Counted from the first letter of the stretch, positions 1 to 11,895 are shown. The stretch: 64,000 nt of DNA from Nitrosopumilus sp. (GCA_965214775.1 OZ243974.1:1760001-1824000), one strand, 5' to 3'. Translations and numbers: made by a program. Notes: a model not told the origin generated them from the letters alone.

Positions 1-4
1 AAAG

Positions 5-901
5 ATGGACAGAAAGAGGCTGCTTTCTGCCAAAAAAGACCGCAAGCGTGACATCGGTGCAGGACGCCCGACTGCCCTGAACCTAAAGGAGAGTCTTCTG
101 CTGTCCCTGTTCTACTACAGGACGTACGTCACGCAGGACGTGGCATCTGCCATGTTCGGCATTGGACAGGCATCAGTCTCGCGCACAATTGACAGGATTG
201 CGCCGGTTCTCAAGCAGTGCCTGTCGATCCCCGAAAAGATCTATTCGGGCACCAAGAGAATATCCTCAGTAGAGGAGCTAATGGACGTACTTCCAGAACT
301 TGTCTGCCTGACAGATGCCTCAGAGCAAAAGATATGCAGGCCCAAGAGAAAGGACATGGAGAGATCGCACTATTCAGGCAAGGCAGGCACGCACACAGTC
401 AAGGTCCAGTATACCACCAACATTCACGGACTCATAGTGCACAAGACGCCCCACTCTCCGGGACGCGTAAATGACATCACAATGTACCAGATGAGGCATC
501 CCACGTTCCGGTACGACCAAAGAAAGGAGAAAGAGAAAGAGAAAAAGTGTCCCGGCGGCGGCGGGGATGGTGATGCGCCGCAACAACAACAAAAGAGCAC
601 AAAGCTGCGTCACTACATGGACCGCGGATACCAGGGAGCACAGTCAGTGGATGCAGGCACGGACGTCATACTCCCAATCAAGAAAAAACCGGGCGGCAAG
701 CTCACTGATGCGGAAAAAGAGTACAATATCACGCACTCAAAGATACGCGTGTACGTGGAGAACACCATACGCAGGGTCAAAACATACAGAATAATGGGCG
801 ACCGGTACCGAAACCCACTCAAAAAGTACGACCTTGCCAACAGTATCGTGTGCGGACTGGTCAACGATAGGGCGTTGGCCAGAATCGCTGCTGCGGCCTG
901 A
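5..901 (+). CDS. IS5-family (DDE_Tnp_4/ISL2-like) transposase
   Basis: HTH (TQDVASAMFGIGQASVSR), DASEQ, YSGK, DRGYQG and RVYVENTI motifs; right IR CTAATTTCGGATCACCTCT ends at 960. Confidence 0.9.
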   Translation: MDRKRLLSAKKDRKRDIGAGRPTALNLKESLLLSLFYYRTYVTQDVASAMFGIGQASVSRTIDRIAPVLKQCLSIPEKIYSGTKRISSVEELMDVLPELVCLTDASEQKICRPKRKDMERSHYSGKAGTHTVKVQYTTNIHGLIVHKTPHSPGRVNDITMYQMRHPTFRYDQRKEKEKEKKCPGGGGDGDAPQQQQKSTKLRHYMDRGYQGAQSVDAGTDVILPIKKKPGGKLTDAEKEYNITHSKIRVYVENTIRRVKTYRIMGDRYRNPLKKYDLANSIVCGLVNDRALARIAAAA

Positions 902-960
902 GTGGCGGCAGCAGAACGGCTGCGGACGGGGCACTCGATTTCTAATTTCGGATCACCTCT

Positions 961-1387
961 CTGGTGGGATCTGGTGGGGTATGATGTCCCAAACCCACAA
1001 ATCGAGGATCTCGTAGGTACGGCAATGCAGAGCGGCGCTCCAGATACTACTGATGCCATCGCAGACGGCACGGTACGCGCCGCATCCGTGGTGCTGACGC
1101 TGCTGTGGGACTGGGCTGTGCCCGTCGGCCCCGTGTTTGCCATGATATACTGCATGTTCAGGTGGACTACCAAGTACAACCTTGAGAACTTTGGATGCAG
1201 GTCAAAGAGGGAATGGAAGCGCAGGGATCCTGCGCAGAGAAACGTTGAGGAAGAGGTGGCCGATGCAGGCCGGAGGGTGGCGGCGGGCTTTGGGAATCTC
1301 GGCAAAAGGGCTGTGGAGAGGGTGCCGTCCGGGAAGATGAGGGGCTACGGCGCGTCTGCGGCAGACAAGGCGACATGGCTCTCATAG
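961..1387 (+). pseudogene. membrane protein, 5' end probably cut by the IS5 element
   Basis: ORF 902-1387 starts inside the IS end; one hydrophobic segment. Confidence 0.4.
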
Positions 1388-1390
1388 AAG

Positions 1391-1519
1391 ATGCGAGAAC
1401 CAAACCACGACAGGGCAATAAGGGTGATCGAGAAATATCACGACCTGATGTTGCGTGGAATAATCTCAAGATCCGACTTTGAAATGAAAAAGGACGCGCT
1501 GCTGGGCCTCGAAAAGTAG
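1391..1519 (+). CDS. SHOCT-like short protein
   Basis: Own translation MREPNHDRAIRVIEKYHDLMLRGIISRSDFEMKKDALLGLEK; in frame with the upstream ORF across one TAG. Confidence 0.6.
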   Translation: MREPNHDRAIRVIEKYHDLMLRGIISRSDFEMKKDALLGLEK

Positions 1520-1965
1520 CCGGCCACGATCCTAAAAACTGTCATTTGACAAGCATCATCCTTATTGATATTGCATCCTGTTTCAGGATGCCTGCATTTG
1601 AAACAGTCTTCCTAGAAGTAATCCCGAAAACGACCTTGGATTTGAAATAAATCAAGTTATGGTGCATGGTATATGGCCGTCGACGGTTTATGCAAAACAG
1701 AGTACTAAAATATGGAATATGGTACAGAATGCTGAATGGTCAGACTGGATCTTACGCACCCTGGCACGGGCAGTCCAGGCAATCATCCCCGTCAATGTGA
1801 CATTGACGATGCAGTGGGAGCAGCAGACGGAGGAGGAAGAGTCAGATTTGGCGGCGGCAGCTTTACAATTGAAGAAAAGAATCCACGCATGATAATACTG
1901 CCAATGGACGACGTCCGGAGACTTGGCGAAGCGCTGTCTGAGGTGCACGCGCAGAAGGACAAGGC

Positions 1966-2358
1966 ATGGCGGCAATAGACAGGCTTGCGACACTCTGGAG
2001 TGCGGCCATAGTGGCAGTAGCAGTAGGCGTTACGCTTGCAATGTCATCTGCCGGGCCCGAGCCGGCCGGCACGGTTACGGATCCCCCTGCGCCGTCTGCT
2101 CTGTGTGAATCTCACGGATATGAATGGAATGATGAGTATGATTATTGTGATATGCGGGGCCCTCATGTGGTTGCTAAAATATGCCGTGATCGTGGCATAG
2201 ATCAACAAGATTGTGGTGACTATATCATTGAACTTGATAGGCATGGTGATTTATGCCGTGAGTGGGGAGGTAATCCAAGTTCCTGTGATCCAGAAGCTGG
2301 GTGGAATGCGGACCGTTCGTTCCGGGAAGATATATGCAGGGTAGTTTGCGGGTTTTAG
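1966..2358 (+). CDS. secreted Cys-rich hypothetical protein
   Basis: N-terminal hydrophobic helix and 8 Cys; abuts the next gene. Confidence 0.55.
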   Translation: MAAIDRLATLWSAAIVAVAVGVTLAMSSAGPEPAGTVTDPPAPSALCESHGYEWNDEYDYCDMRGPHVVAKICRDRGIDQQDCGDYIIELDRHGDLCREWGGNPSSCDPEAGWNADRSFREDICRVVCGF

Positions 2359-2360
2359 AC

Positions 2361-5300
2361 ATGCTCAAAATTGCGCCTCTCCTTGCATTGATTGTGTTTC
2401 TGCCCGCCGTGGCGGCGGCCTCAACGCATTCCGATGAGTCTCAAACCGACGATCTGGCCGACGCACACGACAAAATCACGCGATATATGCAAGCGCAAAG
2501 CGACGCAATCATAACTCATTCATCACAGCAACGACAGCAGCCCGACATAGCAGACGAACTGCCGGTATTCATGTCGTTTGTAAACCAGACATCCAACGAG
2601 TTGGTGGTCGGCCTAGATCTAAATGCCACCGGGACGGCAGAGCAATACCTGGAAAGGATACGGCAAATTACAAACGGTTCTGCCGTTCCGGTACGACTCG
2701 TCTCAGGCCACTTTGTCGAGGAGTCATGCGATGCAGTCAATGACAGGTGCGATCCACTGATCGGGGGGATAGAGATCAGCACCTTTGGCGGTATTGGGGT
2801 GCTTACACTTCCTGTAATTAACAACAACAACGAACGCGGTTTTGTAATGTCGGGCCATGTTGCAGGCCCTGCACAATCCGACAGGAAGATATGGCAGCCA
2901 AAGGAAACGAATCCTATACGTATTGAAGTGGGTGTTGTGGCAACAAATCCATTAAACCCTCGCAGTAGCGACTCTGCGTTTGTCCGTACGCTTGACAGCA
3001 TTGCGTTGGAGCAAAAGATCTTTAACCCCGACGGCGATCCGTATGACGTGGTAGGGACAAAGATTTCTGAGGTTCATGACATTGTGTACATGGCAGGGAT
3101 AATAAACAAGACCATTGGAAGTAAAAACTACACGACCACTTCCGGCGGGGTGCTTTCAACCGGGGTCACGATAGACAGTCCAATGTACGGGACGCTTACC
3201 GACCAAAACACGGCTGGATACATGTCAGCAAGCGGTGACAACGGGGCCCCCGTCTACTCCCTCGATTCCGGAAACGGCGTGCTGCTTCACGGCATCCATG
3301 TGGGAAAGTCATGTTTCTCTGACTTTCCGCCGACGATCAATTCAGCATACTGCAAATACCTCTTTCCCGTATACTCGCCCTGGGAGCATGTCCGGTCCGA
3401 GCTGAACCTGAAGCCTGTCACGGGAAGCCTGGAGGCACCTACGTCCCTCTCCGAGCCCTTTGACGACCTTGACGTGTGGACCGAGGAGGGCGAAACCGGC
3501 TGGAGTACGGGATCTCCCGACGAGGGAGGTCACCCGCCGGGCCACCCTGCGGCGACCAACACGGTGGCCGAGGCAGACGACTGCGACTCTGAATGCAGGC
3601 TGGTCCTCTCCTACGGGTTGGATCTTACGGGATACGACTCGGCTGCCATGACACTTTACAGGTATGTAGATGACGACCTTGATGGCGGGGAGTACCTGAG
3701 GGTGGACGTCTCAGAGGACGGCGGGGCAAGCTGGATCAACGCGTATGACTGGCAGGGGAACCGGGACGATGATGATACGTGGACCAAGCACACGCTGGAT
3801 CTGGCAGACCATCTGGACTCGGACAACTTCAAGATCAGACTGGCAGCAAGGGCCTCCTCGTCATCGGAGTATGTGATGGTCGATACCATAATCATAGAAG
3901 GCCAGCAGAAGGCCGTCCCGGCGCACCTGGCATTTGAAAACAACCTGTCTGACTCTGGCACCGGGGGACACGACGGCACCGTGCGCTCGGGCTCGGTATC
4001 ATACGGGGCCGGCGCCGTAGGGCAGGCCGTGACACTGAACAACGACCACCTGACACTTGCAGGCGAGTCCAACTTTGATTACGATACGGACGACGCATTC
4101 AGCATCGCCTTTTGGATAAAGAAACAGTCGGTGCCCACGGCAACCGAGTCGCTGGTATCAAAGTCCGAACGCTTTTGGAGGCAGGGAATAGACGTGTGGA
4201 TGAACCACAACGCCGGCGGCAAGGCCTCCTTCCGGCTGTCTGACGGCTCCGCATACATCAGTAGTTCCCAGATGTACTTTTGAAGGCACGATAATTACGT
4301 AATTTGCCGAGATTTTTTGACCATTACGATCTTAGATCAGAAGGTGTGTCAAACATCATCATGATGATACCAACACAAAACGATGTGTTTGCACACCAGT
4401 ATGACATAGCATCACGACAGTTTAAAACATTGCGACGGCGGTTCCACAAGCTCGAAATGGCAGTCTCAAAGAGTCACAACGCGGTGTACGGCCATGCCGA
4501 CGTACTGCGCGTGCTAAGCCTCATGTCTGATAGGAAGATGTTTTTCAGGTCTGCCGTGACGCATCTTCGCAGGAAGGCCTCAAAATACCGCAGGCAGCAG
4601 CAGCATGACGGCGGGACTGCTACTACTACTACTACTGCTGCTGCTACCTTCTCCAAGAAGGGCGGCGCATACAGCTCCCGTACGCCCCACCCGGAGTGGA
4701 TCTTAAAGACCATCCGGAGCGTCAGCCCGGATCGGATGCAAAGGTGGTGCAACTCCATGCTACAGCACACGGTAAGAAACGGCCGCAGGTCCGGCATGTT
4801 ACACAACACGGACGTAGTGGCAGTGGATGTCACCGACGTCGAATACTATGGCAAGGGCCTAAAGGACGTCGCCAGAAAGTCAAAGCCCAAGAACGGCACG
4901 TCTACTTTTCTCTCGCACATTACCGTGCACGGAGTAGGATCAGATGACGGCTCAGACCTCGTGCTTTCCTCGCTGCAGCTTCCAAAAGATGCAAAACTGG
5001 CCGATTTCGTGCCTAAAATGATCCGCAAAGCGTCCAGATCAGGGACGAAGATCAGGATGTTCCTGTATGACCGGGGATTCTTTAATGTCAACTGCATGGT
5101 GGCTGCAGGCAAAAGCCAGGGCTTCTACGTCATGCCTGCCGCCAAGAACAAGAGGATAAAGGCGGCAATAGAGGAGCACCACCATAAAAAGCGCGACGCG
5201 ATATCTGACTATACCATGACTAACAAGGAGGGCAAAAACGTCACGTTCAGGCTGGTCATTGTAAAAAAGGAGGAGGAAGACGAAAATGAAAATGAAAATG

Positions 5301-6073
5301 AAAACAATGACACAGCAAAAGAGGAATGCACAGAAAAAAAGAAGGAAAAGAAAAAAGAAACGGCAGACGAATACCTGGTCTTTGCCACCAACATGCCTGC
5401 CAAAAGCGTAGAGGACGTCATAGCTCAGATACCAGAAGAGTACCGCATGCGGTGGGGAATCGAGACCGGGTTCAGGGTGATCAAGGGAGTAATGGGCAAG
5501 ACATGCAGTAATTCGCCGGTCGTCAGGATGTTGTTATTCTACATGCCCCTCATACTGTACAATCTCTGGAGGACTGCCATATTCATTGATGTGGAATCCA
5601 AGTGGGACGGATTTGCGGGAGGCAAGGATTTTACCATGATGTTGTTTGCCGCGTGCATTACAGATGCAGCTGACTCGTTTGTAAACGATCGCGGAAAGTA
5701 GTAGTAGTAGCGGCGGCAGTGGTGCCGTGTCAGGAGGCAGTCTGCAAAAGTACACCTAGGAACTACTGACATGGAGGTGCGCACGCCCGGCCCCGTGACG
5801 GACGGCGCGTGGCACCATGTGGCGTTCGTTTATGACGGCAGCGGAACCCGAGACGGCATGTCTGCATATGTGGACGGACGGCCCGTCACCGAAATCGCCG
5901 AAGGCGCCGCATCTCTGTCCGGCTCGCTGCTCAACGACCACCCGGTCGGGATAGGCGCCAGCAGCACCGGCAGGGACAAGGCGTCCGGTACCTCCCTTGA
6001 CGAGCTGCACGTCCGGCCCGGACAGATGACGGCATCGGAGGTTGCGGCACTGTACGCGCGAGGTTCTGCCTAG
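2361..6073 (+). pseudogene. secreted S1 (trypsin-like) peptidase homologue with C-terminal LamG/ConA domain, split by an ISH3 element
   Basis: Signal peptide, SGHV, SDSAFV, SGDNGAP; LamG motifs FSIAFWIK and WHHVAFVYDG; removing 4259-5768 and one ACAT restores the frame (GSAY-MEVR). Confidence 0.85.
4259..5768 (+). mobile_element. ISH3/IS4-like element, transposase 4304-5701
   Basis: 24-bp IRs CAGTAGTTCC(C/T)AG(A/G)TGTACTTTTG; TSD ACAT; DRGFF and YRMRWGIETGFR motifs. Confidence 0.92.
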
Positions 6074-6076
6074 CAG

Positions 6077-6213
6077 AGAGATGATCTGAAATTAGAAACC
6101 ATGAAAATTTTTCGAATAATTTCACAGATAATCTGTATTTTGTTGGTGTTTTGAGCTGATTTATGCAGATTCGTTCACAGATAATCAGAGTTTGCTAATT
6201 TCGAATCAACTCT
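6077..6213. mobile_element. MITE family A (ends match the IS5 element at 5-960)
   Basis: IRs AGAGATGATCTGAAATTAG / CTAATTTCGAATCAACTCT; C(A/T)G flanks; inverted copy at 36701-36833. Confidence 0.8.
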
Positions 6214-7045
6214 CTGTCGCAAAAGACGGCAACCTTACCAAACTTGGCGCGCAACGCCTCCAGACATTCCATAAACTGCACCGACGTAAAGGATCCCGTA
6301 AACGTCCTGAACAGCCTTCTGCCGTCTTCTGCGATGCTTCCAAGCACGGCCACCTTTGTGTGGTCTCCAGAGTACGATGCCACGCTTCTGGTGCCTATCG
6401 GACCCCACACGTATCTGTCATATATGCCCTGCACGAAGAACGCCTCATCAGATGACACCAGTGTAAAACCGTCGTTTTTCAGGCACGGAATCCGCACGTC
6501 TTCAAGGTATCGCTGCCACGAGTATGCCGAGCTTGGGGTGGCATGGTTGACATGTATGTTTTGCACCTTGCGGCGCGACAGGCCGTGCTGGCGCATCATT
6601 CTCCGGACATGTTCTATACGGTATTGTATCCCGGTGGCAGTCCTTATGTCATTGTGCATCGTCATGACATCGGTATTTTTGCATGCGGTGGACAGGCCCA
6701 TTATGGCTGCAATACTTTTCCTGTCCACCCTTGGTCTGCATCCGGAACGGGGAAGATCCAGGAGGCAGTCCATGCCGTCCTCCGAAAACCTCGCCAGCCA
6801 GTTGCGCACGGAATTCTCACTGCACTGGATCACCCTTCTTGCAGTCTCGGGCACGCCCATGTCGTCTTCTAGCACAAACATCAGCGCCATGATCTTCTTG
6901 TAGACTTTGGCATCCTTTTCTTTGCGCATGGCCTCTTACAGGCTTCTGTCTGTTTCTTTTGCCATGCCCACTGCGCCAGTTACGTGATCATTATACTCTT
7001 CGAATGATCCTGTTTTGGCTCAAAAACTTATGCTCGTTACTATAT
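6214..7045 (-). pseudogene. IS630-family transposase, 3'-truncated
   Basis: HTH (VRNWLARF, LPRSG) and SSDEAFF; ends at VFCDR; paralogue of 10591-11417. Confidence 0.85.
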
Positions 7046-8011
7046 ACCCCCGCTATATTTCATGCCGTATCTGACTTTGCAGTCCCTTTCTTCGATTTGA
7101 TTCATCATGACCTGCAGCCTGACTTCATACCGGGATGTCCCGCACTGCAGGCAGCCTCCAGGTGCCCCGTCCAGATTTAAAAATTTCATTTCAAAATTCC
7201 AATTTCATTTCAAATTTCAATTCATCATACAATTTGATTCAGAGGCCCCCGCATTTCTAACTTTTATTGAAGATTCCAATTTCAATTTTCATATCTGTCG
7301 ATTCCGGGCAGGAAATTTGACGTTTCAGGCCTGCCTAATCCTGTCTTGTTTTGACTTCATGCCAGCTTAGTCTTGATATCAGACTGTGACTTTGTCCTGC
7401 TGCCTTTCCGTACCTGGATGCTTTTTCCGGAGGTTTTGAGTTTTTTGCCAGACGGTGCATGCGCCTTCAAAAGTTATAGTCCTGGATTTTTCAGAACATA
7501 ATTTCTGACTGGAGGCGCAGCGCCCCGTCTTTTTTCAATTTTGATTTGATTTGACTTGAAATTTTAATTTTAATTTCATTCCGCTGCAGGGCGCAGGCCC
7601 GCTCTGAATTTTGTTTTGAATTGGAATTGGAATTTTATGGAATTGGAATTTGCCTGGAATTTGTATGGGTGGAGGCATGGCAGCGGTGCGTCCTGTGTGT
7701 TTCTGGCCCGGTGACGCATGGTGGCATGATTTCTGATTTTACGGGTTTTGAATTTTATGGGGCGGGTTTGGGTGATGTGTGCATGGCGCGGTTTGTAGAC
7801 TCTGTCGGAGAAAGGGGGGGTTGGCGCCGCTGGAAGGGGCGTTCGGCATCCCGGTTGCCTGAGTCATGGCTTTGTGCCTTCCGGAATGAAGTGTGAATGG
7901 CATGATGATGGACGCGCCAGCAGGAGACACCATCCGGGGCCACATGTGACAGAATAGCCCCGGGGGTTGGCCAGTCACACTTAAACGGCCGTTTTCAACT
8001 ACAATCCGATA

Positions 8012-9061
8012 ATGAGTGGTGAAAAATACAGATTTATGATGGCAAATATCGCCTGGAATAATTCGGGTTGGCGCAAGATTGAGGGCCCCGATCCAAAGGC
8101 GACTCAAAAGTATCCTCAAGAACACCCAGCACATGAATCGCTGAACTTTGACTTTGGCAAAAAAGGAGTAGATGACGAAAAACATGTGTTTGGTTACGTG
8201 GAATGGACCAACACTCCAGTGAATCTAGAGAGGCCTGGATTCATCTTCTTTTTTACAAAAAATACCAAGAGCAAAGAAAACAAGATTGTTGGTGTTTACG
8301 GCGGTGCCGAAATCCTAAAGGATGCAAAGACAGTACCATGGGAGAAATTTGAAAATAGTCAGCTGGTTTCAAACATACGGGCCGAAAAAGCAAAATCTGT
8401 GCTGTTTGAGCCATATTTGGATGCAGACCGATACAAGGATAATACAGGCACAAGGCTGGTAGGCCAGGTCGGTTTTGGATATATTAAAACAAAAGAGATC
8501 GCCGAGGAAATAATAGCAGATTCAATTCGGGAGAGTCAAAGATCAGATTCAGGTAAAAGGAATCTTGGTAAACTGTTCAATATTTTTGAGGAGGTAACCG
8601 GCAAAAAGTGCGTCTGGATTCCAGCGGAAAAAGACAATGATCAAAAAGAGCAGAAAGAGCTTGAAGCCCGTAACCTGTCACAAAAACAAGCGTATGAGGA
8701 AGTAAAAAAACTGGAAAAGAGTAATTCGGAAATGGTTGAGTACAATGGCAAAAGATACAAAAGATACAATGCAATCATTGCCAGTTTGAAAGAATTACGC
8801 AATTACCAGTGTCAGATATGCCATATCAGAATCAAGAAAAAAGATGGCGGCCACTACATAGAGGAGGCGCACATCACCCCAAAGAGTGACGGAGGGAGCG
8901 ATGAAATCTCCAACATCATGATCCTGTGCCCTAACCACCACAAGGAATTTGACTATGGAAGGGTTGAGAATATGGATCGTTCAGACAAACAGGTGCGGTT
9001 CAAAATGAACGGAAAGGAATACGAGGTTGATCTTGAGATAGATCACAAAAATTTGAAATGA
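8012..9061 (+). CDS. HNH endonuclease (restriction-like) with distinct N-terminal domain
   Basis: CQIC...EEAHITPKSDGG...NIMILCPNHHKEFD. Confidence 0.85.
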   Translation: MSGEKYRFMMANIAWNNSGWRKIEGPDPKATQKYPQEHPAHESLNFDFGKKGVDDEKHVFGYVEWTNTPVNLERPGFIFFFTKNTKSKENKIVGVYGGAEILKDAKTVPWEKFENSQLVSNIRAEKAKSVLFEPYLDADRYKDNTGTRLVGQVGFGYIKTKEIAEEIIADSIRESQRSDSGKRNLGKLFNIFEEVTGKKCVWIPAEKDNDQKEQKELEARNLSQKQAYEEVKKLEKSNSEMVEYNGKRYKRYNAIIASLKELRNYQCQICHIRIKKKDGGHYIEEAHITPKSDGGSDEISNIMILCPNHHKEFDYGRVENMDRSDKQVRFKMNGKEYEVDLEIDHKNLK

Positions 9062-9175
9062 CATTGCACATGCGTCAAAATCTACAGCAGCATCCGTAGA
9101 ATCATCGCCAGACCCAAAATGCGATAATCCGGCATCCAAGAAAAATCTAAATATTCGGCCGTATCATAACGGGTT

Positions 9176-9388
9176 ATGAGGATGCCAAGTATGAAATACA
9201 TAGACAATATGAGCAGTGATGACAGGAAAAAATACGCAGGTCACTGGATCGTGGTAATAGACGACAAGGTTGTACATCATGCCAAAAGGGGAAAGGACAT
9301 ACGTGAAATGGTGGCCATGCATGACGATCGAGGAGACATGCCGGTGGTACAATACATACCAGAGGGCAATCCCCCGTTTCTACTGTAA
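9176..9388 (+). CDS. DUF5678-like protein
   Basis: KYAGHWIVVIDDKVV motif; typical partner of retropepsin-like proteases. Confidence 0.7.
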   Translation: MRMPSMKYIDNMSSDDRKKYAGHWIVVIDDKVVHHAKRGKDIREMVAMHDDRGDMPVVQYIPEGNPPFLL

Positions 9389-9394
9389 GGTGTC

Positions 9395-9819
9395 ATGACC
9401 GTATTCAAATATCTTCCTAGGCCAATGGGCGGCGCCATGGCCTTTGCCCCGATGTTGGATGTGATGTTGCATCATGAAAGGAGCATACGTGAAAGGGCAT
9501 ACGTGGATTCAGGTGCAGTACCACCTATGTGCCAAGGCTGACAGCAGAACGTACAGGGCTGCTAGATGACAGCCCAGGCATGAGGGTCGACGCCGTCGGC
9601 GTATCTGGCACCATTGATGCAAGTGAACACAGCATCAGGTCGATCGCAATCATGCGTAACGGTAAGGTCTTTGACAGATTCGACGATTCAAGGATACTGG
9701 TGCCGTCTGACTATGACGCTGGTCCCAACTTTGTGATAATGGGCAGGGATCTTCTGTTCTCCAGGTATGATGTTACCTTTTCAGAAAGGCGAAGGAAACT
9801 TACACTGGAAAAATCGTGA
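9395..9819 (+). pseudogene. retropepsin-like aspartyl protease, frameshifted
   Basis: ATG 9395 frame gives AYVDSGA; frame change near 9518 continues to IMGRDLL. Confidence 0.75.
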
Positions 9820-10125
9820 GGCGCGTCTGGAAGGGTTCGGTCGATGGGTGATGTGCGGCAGCTGTGCTTTGTGCTTTCCCCTGCATGGGACTGACCTGCT
9901 CGGCGGGACATGGGTTCTTCACGATCAAAGAAGCTGTATTGGACAAGAGAAACATCAGTTCTTGGGTGTGGGCAGCACGGTAATACTTCCAGTATCCATC
10001 GCGTCTCCTATGGTCTGTCATCAGAGCCGCGCCCGTTCTGATCAACGGTGGAGAATCTAGAAAATTATAGCAACAGTCACAAGTAATTGAGGGCCTTGAC
10101 CGGCGATCTGTAATGCACTTGTACA

Positions 10126-10215
10126 GGGGTTGTTTCCTAATTCGGCAATTTAGTCTAATTTTCTAGAGTCTACACTATATTGATCAGAACGGGCGTGGTT
10201 CTCTAATGACGGAAC
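10126..10215 (+). mobile_element. left-end remnant of the GGGGTTGT-IR IS5 element
   Basis: Similar to 52537-52620; cut by an IS481 end. Confidence 0.65.
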
Positions 10216-10590
10216 TGTATTATATGAAAATTATGTCGCACCATCACCAATGTCCTCCTCCATCCATCTTGGGTTGCTTTTCCTGATCGCTTCTGTGGCC
10301 TCCCTGTCGGAGAATGCCCGCAGCGGCGTCTCGTAGTTGTCGATGTCAAGCGACCAGTGCAGCCTGTCCTCGTTATAGTAGTCGATGTATGCAGACAGAC
10401 TCTTGTGGTTCCATATCTCCTCCTCGATGCTCCTGTGGAATCTCTCCAGTTTGCCATTGGTCTGCGGGTGATACGGCCTGGAGTTTATCAGCCCGATTTC
10501 GCAGTTGAGCAGCTCCTCCTCAAAGGCAGTGGGCCTCCATCCGCTCTTGGGCGGACTCTTCTTCTTCTTCGGATCCGAGCGCGCCCCGCC
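10216..10590 (-). pseudogene. IS481 transposase 3' fragment with terminal IR
   Basis: HPQTNGKLERFH, YNEDRLHWSL; TGT terminus at 10216. Confidence 0.85.
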
Positions 10591-11417
10591 TGTCGCAAAA
10601 GACGGCAGCCCTGCCGAACTTGGCGCGCAGCGCCTCCAGACATTCCATGAACTGCACCGACGTAAAGGATCCTGCAAGCGTCCTGAACAGCCTTCTGCCG
10701 TCCTCTGCGATGCTTCCAAACACGGCCACCTTTGTGTGGTCCCCCGAATACGATGCCACGCTTCTGGTGCCGACCGGACCCCATACGTGCCTGTCGTATG
10801 CGCCCTGCACAAAGAACGACTCGTCAGAGGATACCGGCGTAAAACCGTCGTCTTTCAGGCACGGAATCCGCACGTTTTCAAGATACCACTGCCACGAGTA
10901 TACCGAGCTCGGGGCGGCATGGCTGGCATGTATATTTTGCACCTTGCGGCGCGACAGGCCGTGCCGGCGCATCAGCCTTCGGACATGTTCCATGCCGTAT
11001 TCTGTCCCGGTGGCATCCCTTATGTCGTCGCGTACCGTCATGACGTCGGTACTTTTGCATGCAGTAGACAGATCCATTATGGCGGCAATACTTTCTCTGT
11101 CCGCCCTTGGCCTGCGTCCGGAACGGGGAAGATCCCGGAGACAGTCCATGCCGTCCTCCGAAAACCTCGCCAGCCAGTTGCGCACGGAATTCTCGCTGCA
11201 CCGGACCCTTCTTGCAGTCTCGGGCACGCCCACGTCGTCCTCTAGCACAAACATCAGCGCCATGATCTTCTTGTAGACTTTGACATCCTTTTCCTTGCGC
11301 ATGGCCTCTGACAGGCTTCTGTCTGTTTCTTTTGCCATACCTCTGCGCCGGTTAGGCGATCCATATACTTTTCGAATGATCCCGTTTTGGCTCAAAGACT
11401 TCTGATCATTGCTATAG
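10591..11417 (-). pseudogene. IS630-family transposase, 3'-truncated
   Basis: ORF 10520-11395; SSDESFF; fused to the IS481 fragment. Confidence 0.85.
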
Positions 11418-11688
11418 GGACGGCCTCTCCGGCGGGGGAGCCTTCGATCTTTTGTCTGCCTTCCTTCATTGCCTCATCAAAGGCCCGCTCATACCGGTCA
11501 ACGTCTGTGAAGTCCTTTTTTGACAGGCTCTTTCCACCGGGTGTCAGCACGACTTTGCCACCAAGGTCGTGGAACCGTATGTGCTCGCCTGGTCTCAAAC
11601 CCAGGCTTTGTACCATCACGGACGGAACGACCACAAAAAATGAAGAGTTGTCCTTGATGCGGAGCCTTCGCTCATGTATCTTTTCCAC
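11392..11688 (-). CDS. AbrB/MazE-like DNA-binding protein (3' end runs into the IS630 end)
   Basis: SFFVVVPSVMVQSLGLRPGEHIRF motif. Confidence 0.75.
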   Translation of the reverse strand: MEKIHERRLRIKDNSSFFVVVPSVMVQSLGLRPGEHIRFHDLGGKVVLTPGGKSLSKKDFTDVDRYERAFDEAMKEGRQKIEGSPAGEAVPIAMIRSL

Positions 11689-11704
11689 GCCGTCAGCAAA
11701 TGTT

Positions 11705-11825
11705 CAGTCTTCCCAGAAGTAACCCAGAAAACGGCTCCGGATTTGAAGCAAACCAAGTTATGACGCCTGCAGATTCACTTGCCGGTATCTGGACAGTCAT
11801 GAATCGCGTACTTCTGGGAAGACTG
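11705..11825. mobile_element. MITE family B (ISH3-derived)
   Basis: IR CAGTCTTCCCAGAAGTA; near-identical copy at 61460-61580; same ends as the IS at 23274-24574. Confidence 0.9.
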
Positions 11826-11895
11826 AGGATACAGATAAGATTTCATATAGCGTCTATAAAGCCCAAAGTAGTCCTTTTTAACCACCCTCTTCAAA

